This document shows, in pieces, positions 54,869 to 64,000 of a stretch of 64,000 bases of DNA; the stretch's first letter is position 1; every line of letters begins with the position of its first letter. This DNA is from an uncultured Verrucomicrobiae bacterium (GTDB lineage: Bacteria; Verrucomicrobiota; Verrucomicrobiia; Chthoniobacterales; UBA10450): NCBI GenBank assembly GCA_963815455.1, contig CAWFGO010000003.1, forward strand, positions 320,001 through 384,000. The letters are read 5' to 3'. Both the position numbers and the translations under genes were made by a program. Under the pieces are notes generated by a model. The model saw nothing but the letters and a program-made list of their open reading frames with translations. It had not been told where the DNA came from and did not search any database.

Positions 54869-56402
54869 TTAGTAGCCCAATTTCAGTTTGACGAAGCCGT
54901 GGAAACACATGCGCAGCATCACCAGACCATTCCGAAAGACCCTGGTCATCTTAGTCGTGCCGTAAACTCGCTCTTGATAGTGCACGGGAAGATCGACAAT
55001 GCGCAGGTTAAGTTTTGAAGCGCCAAAGAGGAGATCGTAGTCGCCCCAACGATCAATCGTTCCCCAGGAACCGACGTAAGACTTGATGCGTTCCCAGTCA
55101 CTGCGCCAAATGACTTTTGTCCCGCACAACGTGTCCTTGACGCGTTGTCCGAGCAGATACGAGAAGGCAACGCTGAAAAACTTGTTCCCGACCATGTTCG
55201 CTCCTTTCATTGCTGAAGTTGGCATTGGATAGATTAACCGGGAGCCGTTCACAAACTCCGCACCGCCGCCAGCGAGCAGGCTCAAGAACATCGGCAATTC
55301 TTCGGGCATCGTGGTTAGGTCCGCATCCAGAATCATCAGAACATCACCAGTTGCCGCCTCGAAGCCGGTCCAGACATTCTTTGATTTGCAGATGCCGGGG
55401 CCAGAGACGAGCCGGATCGTTTTTTCCGGGTAAAGCGCCGCCAACCGGCGCACCTCGTCAGCTGTTCCGTCCGTCGATCGATCGTCGCAGAAGATAAGTT
55501 CGGTTCCCGCCCGAGTCTGGGGATTCGCTGGATCGCGCCGGCGATGTTCCCCTTCTCATCCTTGCATGGAATGATCACGGATACTTTGAGCTCTTCGGTT
55601 TGATCGGCTCTGGCAAAACGCGGGCGACGATCACTTGAACCATGCAGAGCCGATTCAGTCCCGGCAGACGCGCACAAAAGCCGTTCAAGAATTCCGACAG
55701 GAGCGGAATGTATTTCGGCAACAAGACGATCCGATAAGTCTTGAGCGCTTCGTAATCGGAGATCGTAAGAAAATTCGCAACGTCGATCTCGGAAAGCCAG
55801 TTTTGGTTCACGGTCGGGACCTTGAGGCCAAACTTTCCGGCCAAAATGACCATTGGCTCCCAAAGGTGGTTGTACCAGACAATCAGAACACGCGTTTCTC
55901 TTTTAGCCAGTGCCCTAAGATTCGCGAATGCACTTTGGACATCAACCGTGTCATCGATTCCGTTGACGAGAATGTAATCGAAGGGTTCTTCGCCGGACAA
56001 AAGTTCGCGAAAGTCGTTGGTGTCTGGGAAACCGACGACAAACTTGAACTCCGGATGGCGCTTTTTCGCGACCTGTACCATCTCGCCGGCAATATCGATT
56101 CCGACACCATAAGCAGGCCGAACTTCGGCCAGCTGCTGACCTGGCCCCGATCGGATCGAGAGGACCCGCTTTCCCGGCTCCACCAAAAACCGAAGCAACC
56201 TGCTGACCATTCCATAATGGTACGGGTTCCGATTAATCCACTTTTCGCGAACATCGGCTACGCTGGCAAGGTGTTGACGGGTCAATTCTCGTCGCGCGTC
56301 GAGTGCCGCCGGACCCCATTTACTATTTTCCGGTTGCTGCGCGGGTTGCTTTGCCTCCGCAGGTTCTATTGTAGTCTCGCTCAGACCAGACGGAGATGTC
56401 AT
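54869..56402 (-). CDS. Methyltransferase-like domain + GT2 glycosyltransferase fusion, frameshifted
   Basis: N-terminal GVGIDI...FDYIL; C-terminal VSVIIPCKDEKGNI, MILDADLT, DTLCGTK, WGDYDLLFGA. Confidence 0.82.
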
Positions 56403-58259
56403 AGAGGTTCGCTCTCGCCAAAGAATTGTTCGGCCCAGATTTCGAAAGCAACGATGGCATGGAGTTTCCGGCCGAAATTGCGGCGGCCGGAAACATGGGA
56501 GTGGACAAAGCGCTGAACTGTGTCGGCATTCAGCAAGCCGCGCTTGACGAATTCTTGACGAAGATGTGTAACGTTCGAGGATATGGCGAAGTGGTCCGCG
56601 GTACCAGTCGTTGACCGGCATCCCGAACCCATGTTTCGGCCGTTCGAACAAACTGGCGCGGCATTCGTTTGGCCAGCATCTGTTTCAACAAGAACTTTCC
56701 TGGACGCGCCCGACACGCAATTTGCAACGCCGCGGTCACGAAGTTCTGATCCAATAAAGGATTTCGCACTTCCAACCCGTGGGCCATGCTGGCCCGATCC
56801 ACTTTGGCCAGAATATCGCCGGTAAGATACGTCTCCATGTCGGTGATCATGAAACGCTCGAGCGGAGGAAATGCTGGGCGGCGGTTCCAGGCCAATGAAA
56901 AGCATCCGACTTGGCTCGGGTTCGAACGTCCGGATCAACCGCGGCTTCCAACTCCGACTCTTTCCACAGAGTCGAGAGCCAGCGCGCCACGGCCTCGTCG
57001 TTAGGGGCGGCCAGCGCCTCCAGGCGTTTTAGATGGCGTCTCCTCCTCTTGAACCAAAAGAGAAGAGCAGCCTTTCGGGCCGGAGCCGGGAGAAGGCGTC
57101 TCACTCGTTGAGCTGCCGTGAATTGCCGATACTTGTGTAACCGCAGAACAGTTCGTCTCCGCCGTCACCGGACAGCGCAACTGTGACTTCACGGCGGGTC
57201 TCGCGCGAAATCAAAAAAGTCGGCAGAAATGAATCGTCACCAATCGGCTCCGGGGTTCTTTCGAAAATGTCCACGAATTCATCGATGACCGATTGAGGAT
57301 TGATCATGATCTCGTGATGCTCGGTCCCAAGATGTCGCGCGATCTCCGCTGCGTGGCGGCCTCGTTCATCGAAGAATTTTCAAAGCCAACCGTGTAGGTT
57401 TTGAGCCGACCTGGGAACAAGCTCCTGGGCATGGGCCGCGACCAGACTCGAATCGATTCCTCCGCTCAAAAAGCAGCCTAGCGGCACGTCGCTGATCAAT
57501 CGGCAGGCAACCGCATCGTGCAGCGGCGCCTCCAGATTCTCCGCCGCAGTGCAAGATCGACATTGTCCTTCCGCGCGGGAGGATCTTCTGGAAGCGCCCA
57601 AAACGAATGCAGAGATCAATCCCTCGCGGTTCAAAATTCCAAAGTGCCCAGCGGGCAATTGCTTCACTTCCTTCAAAATCGTTCGCGGACTTTGGACATA
57701 TCCAAACTCGATATATTCGCAGAAGGCGGACGGAGAAATCGACAGGATCAAGTCTGGACACGGCGAAACACCGTGAGCTCGGAGCCAAAAACGAAACGGC
57801 CTGCATTCTCCGCAAAAAAGAACGGCTTTTTCCCAAGTCGATCGCGGCCGAAGACAAGCTGCTGCTTCGGTTCGTCCCAGATCGCAAAGGCAAACATGCC
57901 GCGCAGTTTCTCGAAGATCCCTTCGCCCCAGCTTTCGTAGCCGTGCAGCAAGACTTCAGTGTCGCTGCGGCTTTTGAAATTGTGGCCTGACTTTTCCAGC
58001 TCCTTGCGAAGTTCGGCGAAAATTGTAAATTTCGCCATTGAAAATGACTTTCAGATCGCCGGTCTCATTCGACATCGGCTGCGCGGCCAATGGCGAAAGA
58101 TCGATGATCCGCAAGCGGCGATGGGCGAATCCGCAGATCTGGTTGCGCCAAATACTCCCTTCGTCCGGCCCGCGATGAGCGAGCGTTTGTTCCATCGCCC
58201 GCAAAATGGCCGCATCCGGTGGCGTTTCCCAACTCGACGTAACCGGCGATGCCGCACAT
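56399..58259 (-). CDS. asnB: Asparagine synthase-like glutamine amidotransferase, many frameshifts
   Basis: MCGIAG, HRGPD, FNGEIYNF, SDTEV, RDRLGKKP, LSGGIDSS, LSGDGGDELF, KVDRASMAHGLEVR. Confidence 0.9.
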
Positions 58260-58260
58260 C

Positions 58261-60612
58261 TTATGTTGTAGCCGCGGGCGCTGACCGTGGCTCCGGAGAT
58301 CTTTTCTGCTGGGACTTTCCGTGGCACGACGACTATCGTAAACCGCTTCGATCTTCTTCACCATTTCCGACAGACTGAAATTTCTCGGCGATTCGCTCCC
58401 GCCCGGCGGCGCCCATTTTTCGACGCAGCTCCGGGTCGTTGGCCAGAAGCTCGATTCTCTCGGCCAGCGTTTCGGATCCGCCGGCGGAACCAGAAATCCG
58501 GTCACGCCTTCAACCACTTGATCAAGCGAGCCGCCAAGATTGGTCGCAATCACGGGAAGCCCCATCGACATCGCCTCCATCACGACACCGCCAAACGGTT
58601 CCGGATAAGCGGAAGGCAAAACAAAAATATCCATGCTGGCATAGGCAGGTTTCGCATCGGCCACTTCACCCGTAAAAATGATTTGATCTTCGACGTCCAG
58701 TTCGCGGGCCAGCTCCTTGAGTCGTTCCAAATGAATTTCGTTGCCCGGAAAGGGCGAGCCCACAATGAGAATCTTCGAGATAATCCCGCGCGTTTTCAGC
58801 AGATGCGCGGCTTGAATCAGATGTTCCTGGCCTTTGCGTCCCCATTTAATTCGCCCGACGCAGCCGGTAACAAGATCGTTCTCGCCAATGTCCAAACTGT
58901 TGCCGAAATTCGGCATCGCGCGTTTGACGGCATGGCGAATTCATCGAGCGAAAAGCCATTGTGAATGACGACTACTTTGCTGCGATCGGAAAATTGCGCA
59001 GCAGTGGCATTCGAGACCGCAATAATTCTGTCGCGCAACCATTCGGATATACCTCGAGTAAATTTTCCAGAGCCACGGCGCGCGCCTTCGCGGAACGATT
59101 CGCGAATGTGCCAGACATGCGGAACGCCGGCCAGCTTGGCCGCCAGCCCGGGGCTGAGAATGACTCCGGTGTTGGTATGCACCAGATCGATATTTTCCTT
59201 TCGGATGAGCTTGAACAGCCGCCGGACCGAAAGTGGCAACCGGTAGACAAGAGTGCCAATCCAGGAGGCGTAGCGCGAGATGATGGCCAGCGATGGATCG
59301 ACAATCACTCTGACCCAGTTTTCGATCATCGCCGCAAAGCGTCCATCCTCGGGAATCACCACCACTGCATTGGCGCGCTGCGATACCGGAACCTCGAAGA
59401 AGCCGAGCCAACGAACGACTCGCCCCGTAGATATCGGCGCTGTTATGCACATAAAGAATCCGGCGGGCGTCGCGGCCGGCAGGCTCGATGAGAGAGAGCA
59501 AAGGATCGAGCAGCCAATGCTCCGCTCCATTCTTCCCGATAGCGCTCTTCGAAAATCGAGCGATTGACCTCGCCCCATTCCTGCCATTCGGCGCGCTGCG
59601 CCAAAGCTTCCTCCAAAGCCGCCGCGATATCCCGCGACAAGGGAAGAAGAAACCGGAAAACGGATCGCGCCCGCACGCTGAAGTCAGCACGTCCGAATTT
59701 CCTCGCCATTGCTGGCGACGATCGGCAATTTCCAGGCCATCGCTTCGGCCAGGACAAGTCCAAACGATTCGTAGGGCGCGATCGTCGGGAAAACAAAAAG
59801 GTCTGCGCGACCAAACGCTTCCGCTTTGGCGCGTCCAATGAAAAGGCCCGAAACGCGAACGTGGAGCGAATGCCGAACTCGATCGATTAGTCTTCTCCAG
59901 AAGTTCCGAAGTAAAAGGCGGCAGACATTCCCCCACCAGTTCCAATTCGAGTTCTGGATGATCCCGCCGCAACGCCGCGAATGCTGCCAGAAGCTGGGGC
60001 GTGCCTTTGTCGGCGCAAAGATGTCCCATATGCAACAGCCGCACGACCGACCATCTCCGCCTCGACGCACCAACGTCGGATCGAAATCGTCGACTTATCC
60101 GCCAGGGATAACGAAAGTTCGATTGATACCGACGGCCTCGCGGATCGCGCAGGCCGAACTCGGTCATGACAATCGCGGCAAACGCCTTGCTATAGATCAC
60201 TCGCGTCAGCCGCGCGATAATGCCGCCAGCCTCCAGTTGATCGGCGATCCCGGCAGCGTGAAAATGCAAAACCACCTGTCGCGAAAACAGAAGAATCAAC
60301 GGCAAAAGAAGCAGGTCGCGGATCATGGCCGGCCGTTTGCGGTCCGCCGGTTGGAAACAGGAGGATGTCGATCGGCCCGCCCATGCGAATGCGAAAGAGC
60401 CGTCCCATCACCCGAAGCAACTCAAACGCCTTGCCCGGATGACTGCTGCGAGCGCGTTTGAGCTCGGGGGTAAAGAAAAACGGCAGATGCACCGTTTGGC
60501 AGCGATCGGACTGCACGAATTGCGCGATCGCCTTCTCGATCATAAGGTTCTGTCCTCCAAACGGTGGAGGAACCTGACCCGCCACGACCACTCTCGGTTT
60601 GCGCAATGACAT
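58261..60612 (-). CDS. Two tandem GT4 glycosyltransferase modules, apparently one fused ORF; frameshifted
   Basis: Module 1: GQVPPPFGGQ...YESFGLVLAEAMAWKLP; module 2: ILYVHNSADIYGASRSL...EPFGGVVMEAMSMGLPVI. Confidence 0.78.
58267..58291. repeat. Single GTAG REP
   Basis: TGTAGCCGCGGGCGCTGACCGTGGC, sister of 18993-19017. Confidence 0.7.
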
Positions 60613-60700
60613 GAAACTTAGGCAACCATTTACCGGAATTGGCCGGTTATTCGACCTGTTTCCTCGGCGAAGACATTCCGCTGGAACGGTTGATTGGACA

Positions 60701-61696
60701 ATGAGGATTCTGATTACCGGCGGGTCCGGATTCATCGGCACGAACGTAATCGAAGGGTTTTCGAAGGATGCGGCGGCCCTTCTCAATTACTCTGTTCATC
60801 GCACCGCTCAATCCTGAGCAAATGTCATACTGGCGAGCAGGAGATATTCTGGATGCTGCCGCGACCACAGCCGTCTTCAGGGAGTTTCGGCCCGATCGAG
60901 TTCTGCATCTGGCGGCCCGGGCCGAATGCGACGAGAAAACAACTGTCGAGGAAGGTTATCGGGCAAATACCGAAGGCACGCGCAATGTTCTGGAGGCGAT
61001 TCGGGCGACGCCCTTCCGTTGAGCGAGTGATCATTACTTCATCGCAATTCGTTTGCGCTCCCGGGCGGTTGCCAGAAAACGACACCGATTATTTTCCGGA
61101 AACCGTTTATGGCCAAAGCAAAGTCGTTACCGAAAAATTGACACGCGAGGCGAATTTGCCGTGTTGCTGGACGATTATCCGGCCAACCAATATCTGGGGA
61201 CCATGGCACATGCGTTACCGGCGCGAGTTCTGGCGCGTGGTGGAGCGCGGCCTTTACGTGCATCCCGGTCGCGAGCCGGTGATCCGCTGCTACGGTTACG
61301 TGAAGAATGTCGCGCATCAGATCCGGAAAATTTTCGAAGCCGATGTCGATCTTGTCCGCGGCCAGACGTTTTATCTCGGTGATCGGCCGACGAATCTCTA
61401 CGACTGGACCAACGGCTTTTCCCGAGCGCTGCGCGGACGCGATGTGCTGGTCGTGCCGCGTCCACTGATGCGTACCCTTGCTCTGTTAGGAGACATCCCG
61501 AGTTCGCTAATGGGAAAATCTTTTTTGATTAACAGCTCCCGTTTCCGAAGCATGACGACGGATTACCAAACTCCGATGGAACGAACATTCGAGCTTGTTC
61601 GGCGAAAATCCCTATACGCTGGAGGCTGGAATCGAAGAGACAGTCAACTGGCTCAAATCTTACCAGGGCGACAACGATTCCGGCGGCGGTTTCTAA
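60701..61696 (+). CDS. NAD-dependent epimerase/dehydratase, frameshifted
   Basis: MRILITGGSGFIG, VLHLAA, TSS, YGQSK (YxxxK), IRPTNIWGP. Confidence 0.9.
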
Positions 61697-62439
61697 TGCA
61701 TGCCGTTGTAAACCTCATCCTGTCGCATCAGTCAGCGTCTGCTGTGGCAAAGATGCTCGATCATTGGAAGGGTTCGGTGCCCGGCGCAAGCATTGTTGTC
61801 GCTTACGGCGGCACAAAGAGTGGCTTCGAGGCGGTCGAGCACGAGGGCAAATTCTTTGTGGACGATCCACGATTGCGAACACGCGATCACCAGCGGGAAC
61901 TTCAAAGCTATACACGACTGTTTCAGTCTGCCGCAGAATTTTTGAAAGCCCGAGGCAGCGATTTTCACTTCGTCCATTTCGCCGAATACGATCACCTGCC
62001 GCTGGTCGAGAATTTGAACGAACGCCAGATCGAACGCTTGAATGCTGAACGCGCCGATCTGCTCGCATTCCACGTGCATCGTGTGGACGACACCAACAAT
62101 CCGCATTTTCTCTATCACGCCGCGGACGAAAGATTCATGAAACACTGGGCCGACATCACCCGTCGCGCAGAACCGGAGGTGGTGTTGTCGATGTTCGGCA
62201 GCGGAAGTTTTTGGACTCGCGAGGCGTTCCTGGCCATGTGCGCAGTTGACGAACCATTTCCGATTTACATGGAGCTGTATTTGCCCACGCTCGTTCATCA
62301 TCTCGGGTTTCGGGTCCGCGATTTTGGCGACCAGAACCGATTCGTTCGCGTTTTGAAAGACGAGACTGACTATGTTGACCAGGCCCGCAAAGAAGGCGCG
62401 TGGACTTTGCACCCGGTCAAGCGATTGTGGGACAAGTGA
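61696..62439 (+). CDS. Hypothetical protein (possible GT-A-like fold)
   Basis: Clean ORF from ATG overlapping the previous stop (TAATG); HFAEYDH, ELYLPT, LHPVK. Confidence 0.65.
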   Translation: MHAVVNLILSHQSASAVAKMLDHWKGSVPGASIVVAYGGTKSGFEAVEHEGKFFVDDPRLRTRDHQRELQSYTRLFQSAAEFLKARGSDFHFVHFAEYDHLPLVENLNERQIERLNAERADLLAFHVHRVDDTNNPHFLYHAADERFMKHWADITRRAEPEVVLSMFGSGSFWTREAFLAMCAVDEPFPIYMELYLPTLVHHLGFRVRDFGDQNRFVRVLKDETDYVDQARKEGAWTLHPVKRLWDK

Positions 62440-62703
62440 TGCGCAAATTTATCCGCGCCGTTCGGCTCTAAAATCGCACAAGCGATCGGCACCCCGATTA
62501 AAGATTTTCAGTCGGGACGAAAAATCGGCCGGGCGCTCATCATCCCGTGGCGCGGCAAAATTCACGTGATCGGACTGAACGCGGCCGTGCGTCCGATGTT
62601 TCAGCCGCAAAAACGCCTGACCTATTGGAAGCAGGAGATCGTCTTCACCGAACACGAGCAGCCCGATTTTCCTCGGGAACGGGGCAATGCAGCGAAAGAC
62701 TAG
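62439..62703 (+). CDS. Small hypothetical protein (one frameshift near start)
   Basis: ATG overlaps the previous TGA; GSKIAQAIGTPIKDF...IPWRGKIHVIG...YWKQEIVF...PDFPRE*. Confidence 0.55.
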
Positions 62704-62785
62704 GTAGATCGTGATCTCCGAGCGCGATGTTAAGTCAAAAGTTGCACAGCGGCTCAAATTTGATCGCTTCGCGATTCAGTTTTTG

Positions 62786-62813
62786 CCAACGCGCCCGGAG
62801 GTCGCGTTCCACC
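62786..62813. repeat. REP-like hairpin between convergent genes
   Basis: CCAACGCGCCCGGAGGTCGCGTTCCCACC. Confidence 0.55.
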
Positions 62814-62823
62814 TTCGAGTGCC

Positions 62824-63501
62824 TCAGAGCAGCGGGGTACCGTCAGGGCGCGTCAGTTTTGGCGCGAGTTCCTGGATAAATTGCTCGATCATCTCCGCCG
62901 TTTGTTCCTCGGTGCGTCCCGACAGCGGCACGTTTGTCGCAATCGTCACATAAGCCCAACGTTGGGCCTGCCCGCGCAAGATTCGATCGCGAATGTCAAT
63001 CCCGGTCCGGACTAGGTGCGAAGAGGTCATCTCCCTGGCGCCGACGAACCAGTAGTAATCCAAATTGTGCAGCAGGCCCTGCGATTTATCCGGCAGGTCG
63101 ATCGGATGAACGTTATGCAGTTTTGTTATCACCAACGGCTTTCCGTTAATGGACAACTCCTGTTTCTCGGCGCCCTGAATGCTCCAGCCCTGCGCCACTA
63201 AGCATCGTTCCGGCCGATGGATGCTGCTAGTCATGTCGTCGCCCGACATGATGATCGACGCAAAAATTTGCTGGCCATCAGGCCCAGAGTACGTCTTCCG
63301 CGCAAACTGTGTGTCTTTGGCCAAAACCTCGCGCTCGCGCTCTGTAATCGGGGCGTCTGCTCCAACCCATCGACCGACCACAGTGGGAAGCGCGATGGCA
63401 ATGCCCACCGGCGTGCTGGTGCTCGAATGCGGCAAAGCAAAGATCGAGACGAATCCCGCAAGCAAGACAATTTGAACGCTCAGAAGCCGCCTAGTAATCA
63501 T
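62824..63501 (-). CDS. Exosortase-associated EpsI family protein
   Basis: LPTVVGRWVG, SIHRPERCLVAQGW, YYWFVG; follows the exosortase. Confidence 0.88.
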   Translation of the reverse strand: MITRRLLSVQIVLLAGFVSIFALPHSSTSTPVGIAIALPTVVGRWVGADAPITEREREVLAKDTQFARKTYSGPDGQQIFASIIMSGDDMTSSIHRPERCLVAQGWSIQGAEKQELSINGKPLVITKLHNVHPIDLPDKSQGLLHNLDYYWFVGAREMTSSHLVRTGIDIRDRILRGQAQRWAYVTIATNVPLSGRTEEQTAEMIEQFIQELAPKLTRPDGTPLL

Positions 63502-64000
63502 ACGATACTTTCTCTTTTTCGGCCGCGAGCTGTTTCAACCGCGCCGGTTGGAGGTCGAGCAACTTTCCAAAGAGCATCATTGCCGCAATGGCGAAGGGAA
63601 ATGACAAGAAGCCGAGGAAAATGTGAAACTGCCCACCGGCAAATTCCTGTCCAAAGAAACGGCCCGTCACGAAGATCGACACCAGACGACCCGCGTTGCC
63701 AATGATGGCGAACAAGAGCGAGCCGGCAAACAGGGCCAGCTTCTTCCACAACCGGTTCTGGGTGAAATGTCCGTAAATGGCCGAAATCATCGCGATGGCC
63801 ATGAGCGAACGAATCCCGCTGCAGCCCTCGTCCACTTCGAATCTGAACGCGTTGTCCGTGGCCTGCACAACCGCGCCGATATTGTGCACGTGAATCCCGA
63901 TCAAATTGCAGATCGCGCTGGCCAGGCCCGTCTCGATTAATTGTAATTTCGCCGTGGCCTGCGTGAGAAAATTCAACGGCACCATGAACAACAGAAAGGC
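63491..64000 (-). CDS. Exosortase (EpsH family), 3' part; start lies outside the window
   Basis: FMVPL, FEVDEGCSGIRSL (catalytic Cys), NAGR (Arg), FH (His). Confidence 0.92.
   Translation of the reverse strand, partial: AFLLFMVPLNFLTQATAKLQLIETGLASAICNLIGIHVHNIGAVVQATDNAFRFEVDEGCSGIRSLMAIAMISAIYGHFTQNRLWKKLALFAGSLLFAIIGNAGRLVSIFVTGRFFGQEFAGGQFHIFLGFLSFPFAIAAMMLFGKLLDLQPARLKQLAAEKEKVSYDY

Noticed and set aside
60694..62439. 581-aa epimerase fusion
   Set aside because: An indel near 61600 joins two genes; the correct frame gives ...SGGGF* with a TAATG overlap.
36574..62470. Mass pseudogenisation or programmed frameshifting of the glycan locus
   Set aside because: The same single-base indels hit atpA, ispH and zwf, often compensate within a few codons, and catalytic motifs stay intact. 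Uncorrected long-read error is the simpler explanation; needs read polishing.
62449..62757. 102-aa minus-strand ORF
   Set aside because: The plus-strand reading 62439-62703 is translationally coupled to the upstream gene and looks more protein-like.

Overview
64 kb of bacterial chromosome that looks like Verrucomicrobiota, probably Spartobacteria/Chthoniobacterales (inference from a TIGR02597-type protein, exosortase plus EpsI, a 'SVVSRKTHG...dockerin' secreted protein and a Verrucomicrobia-style atp operon). Left half (1-35 kb): housekeeping genes (atpBEFHA-[ORF6N]-atpGD, ispH, lipid A acyltransferase, an LMW-phosphatase-GlyA fusion, zwf-opcA, queA, UDG, hemW, uppS, purA, uppP, P-II) interspersed with many small palindromic REP/MITE-like elements. 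Right half (35-64 kb): a large surface polysaccharide locus (glf, flippase, GT4/GT2/GT-C enzymes, three FkbM methyltransferases, AsnB-type amidotransferase, epimerase, EpsI/exosortase). Many genes, including atpA, ispH and zwf, carry single-base frameshifts that look like long-read assembly errors, so several boundaries are reconstructed by eye. The most unusual signals are single-gene cassettes, each tied to its own DNA signature: (1) a PaaX-like protein with a Cas2-like core bracketed by two inverted ~38-bp TTGCA-NN-TGCAA palindromes; (2) a four-helix-bundle gene and glf each enclosed by inverted 8-nt tandem-repeat blocks; (3) an ORF6N gene inside the atp operon with a perfect 33-bp palindrome in its own coding sequence; (4) a 30-nt mini-element inserted in frame in a sulfotransferase and also nested inside another repeat. 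I saw no tRNA, rRNA, CRISPR array, integrase or transposase.
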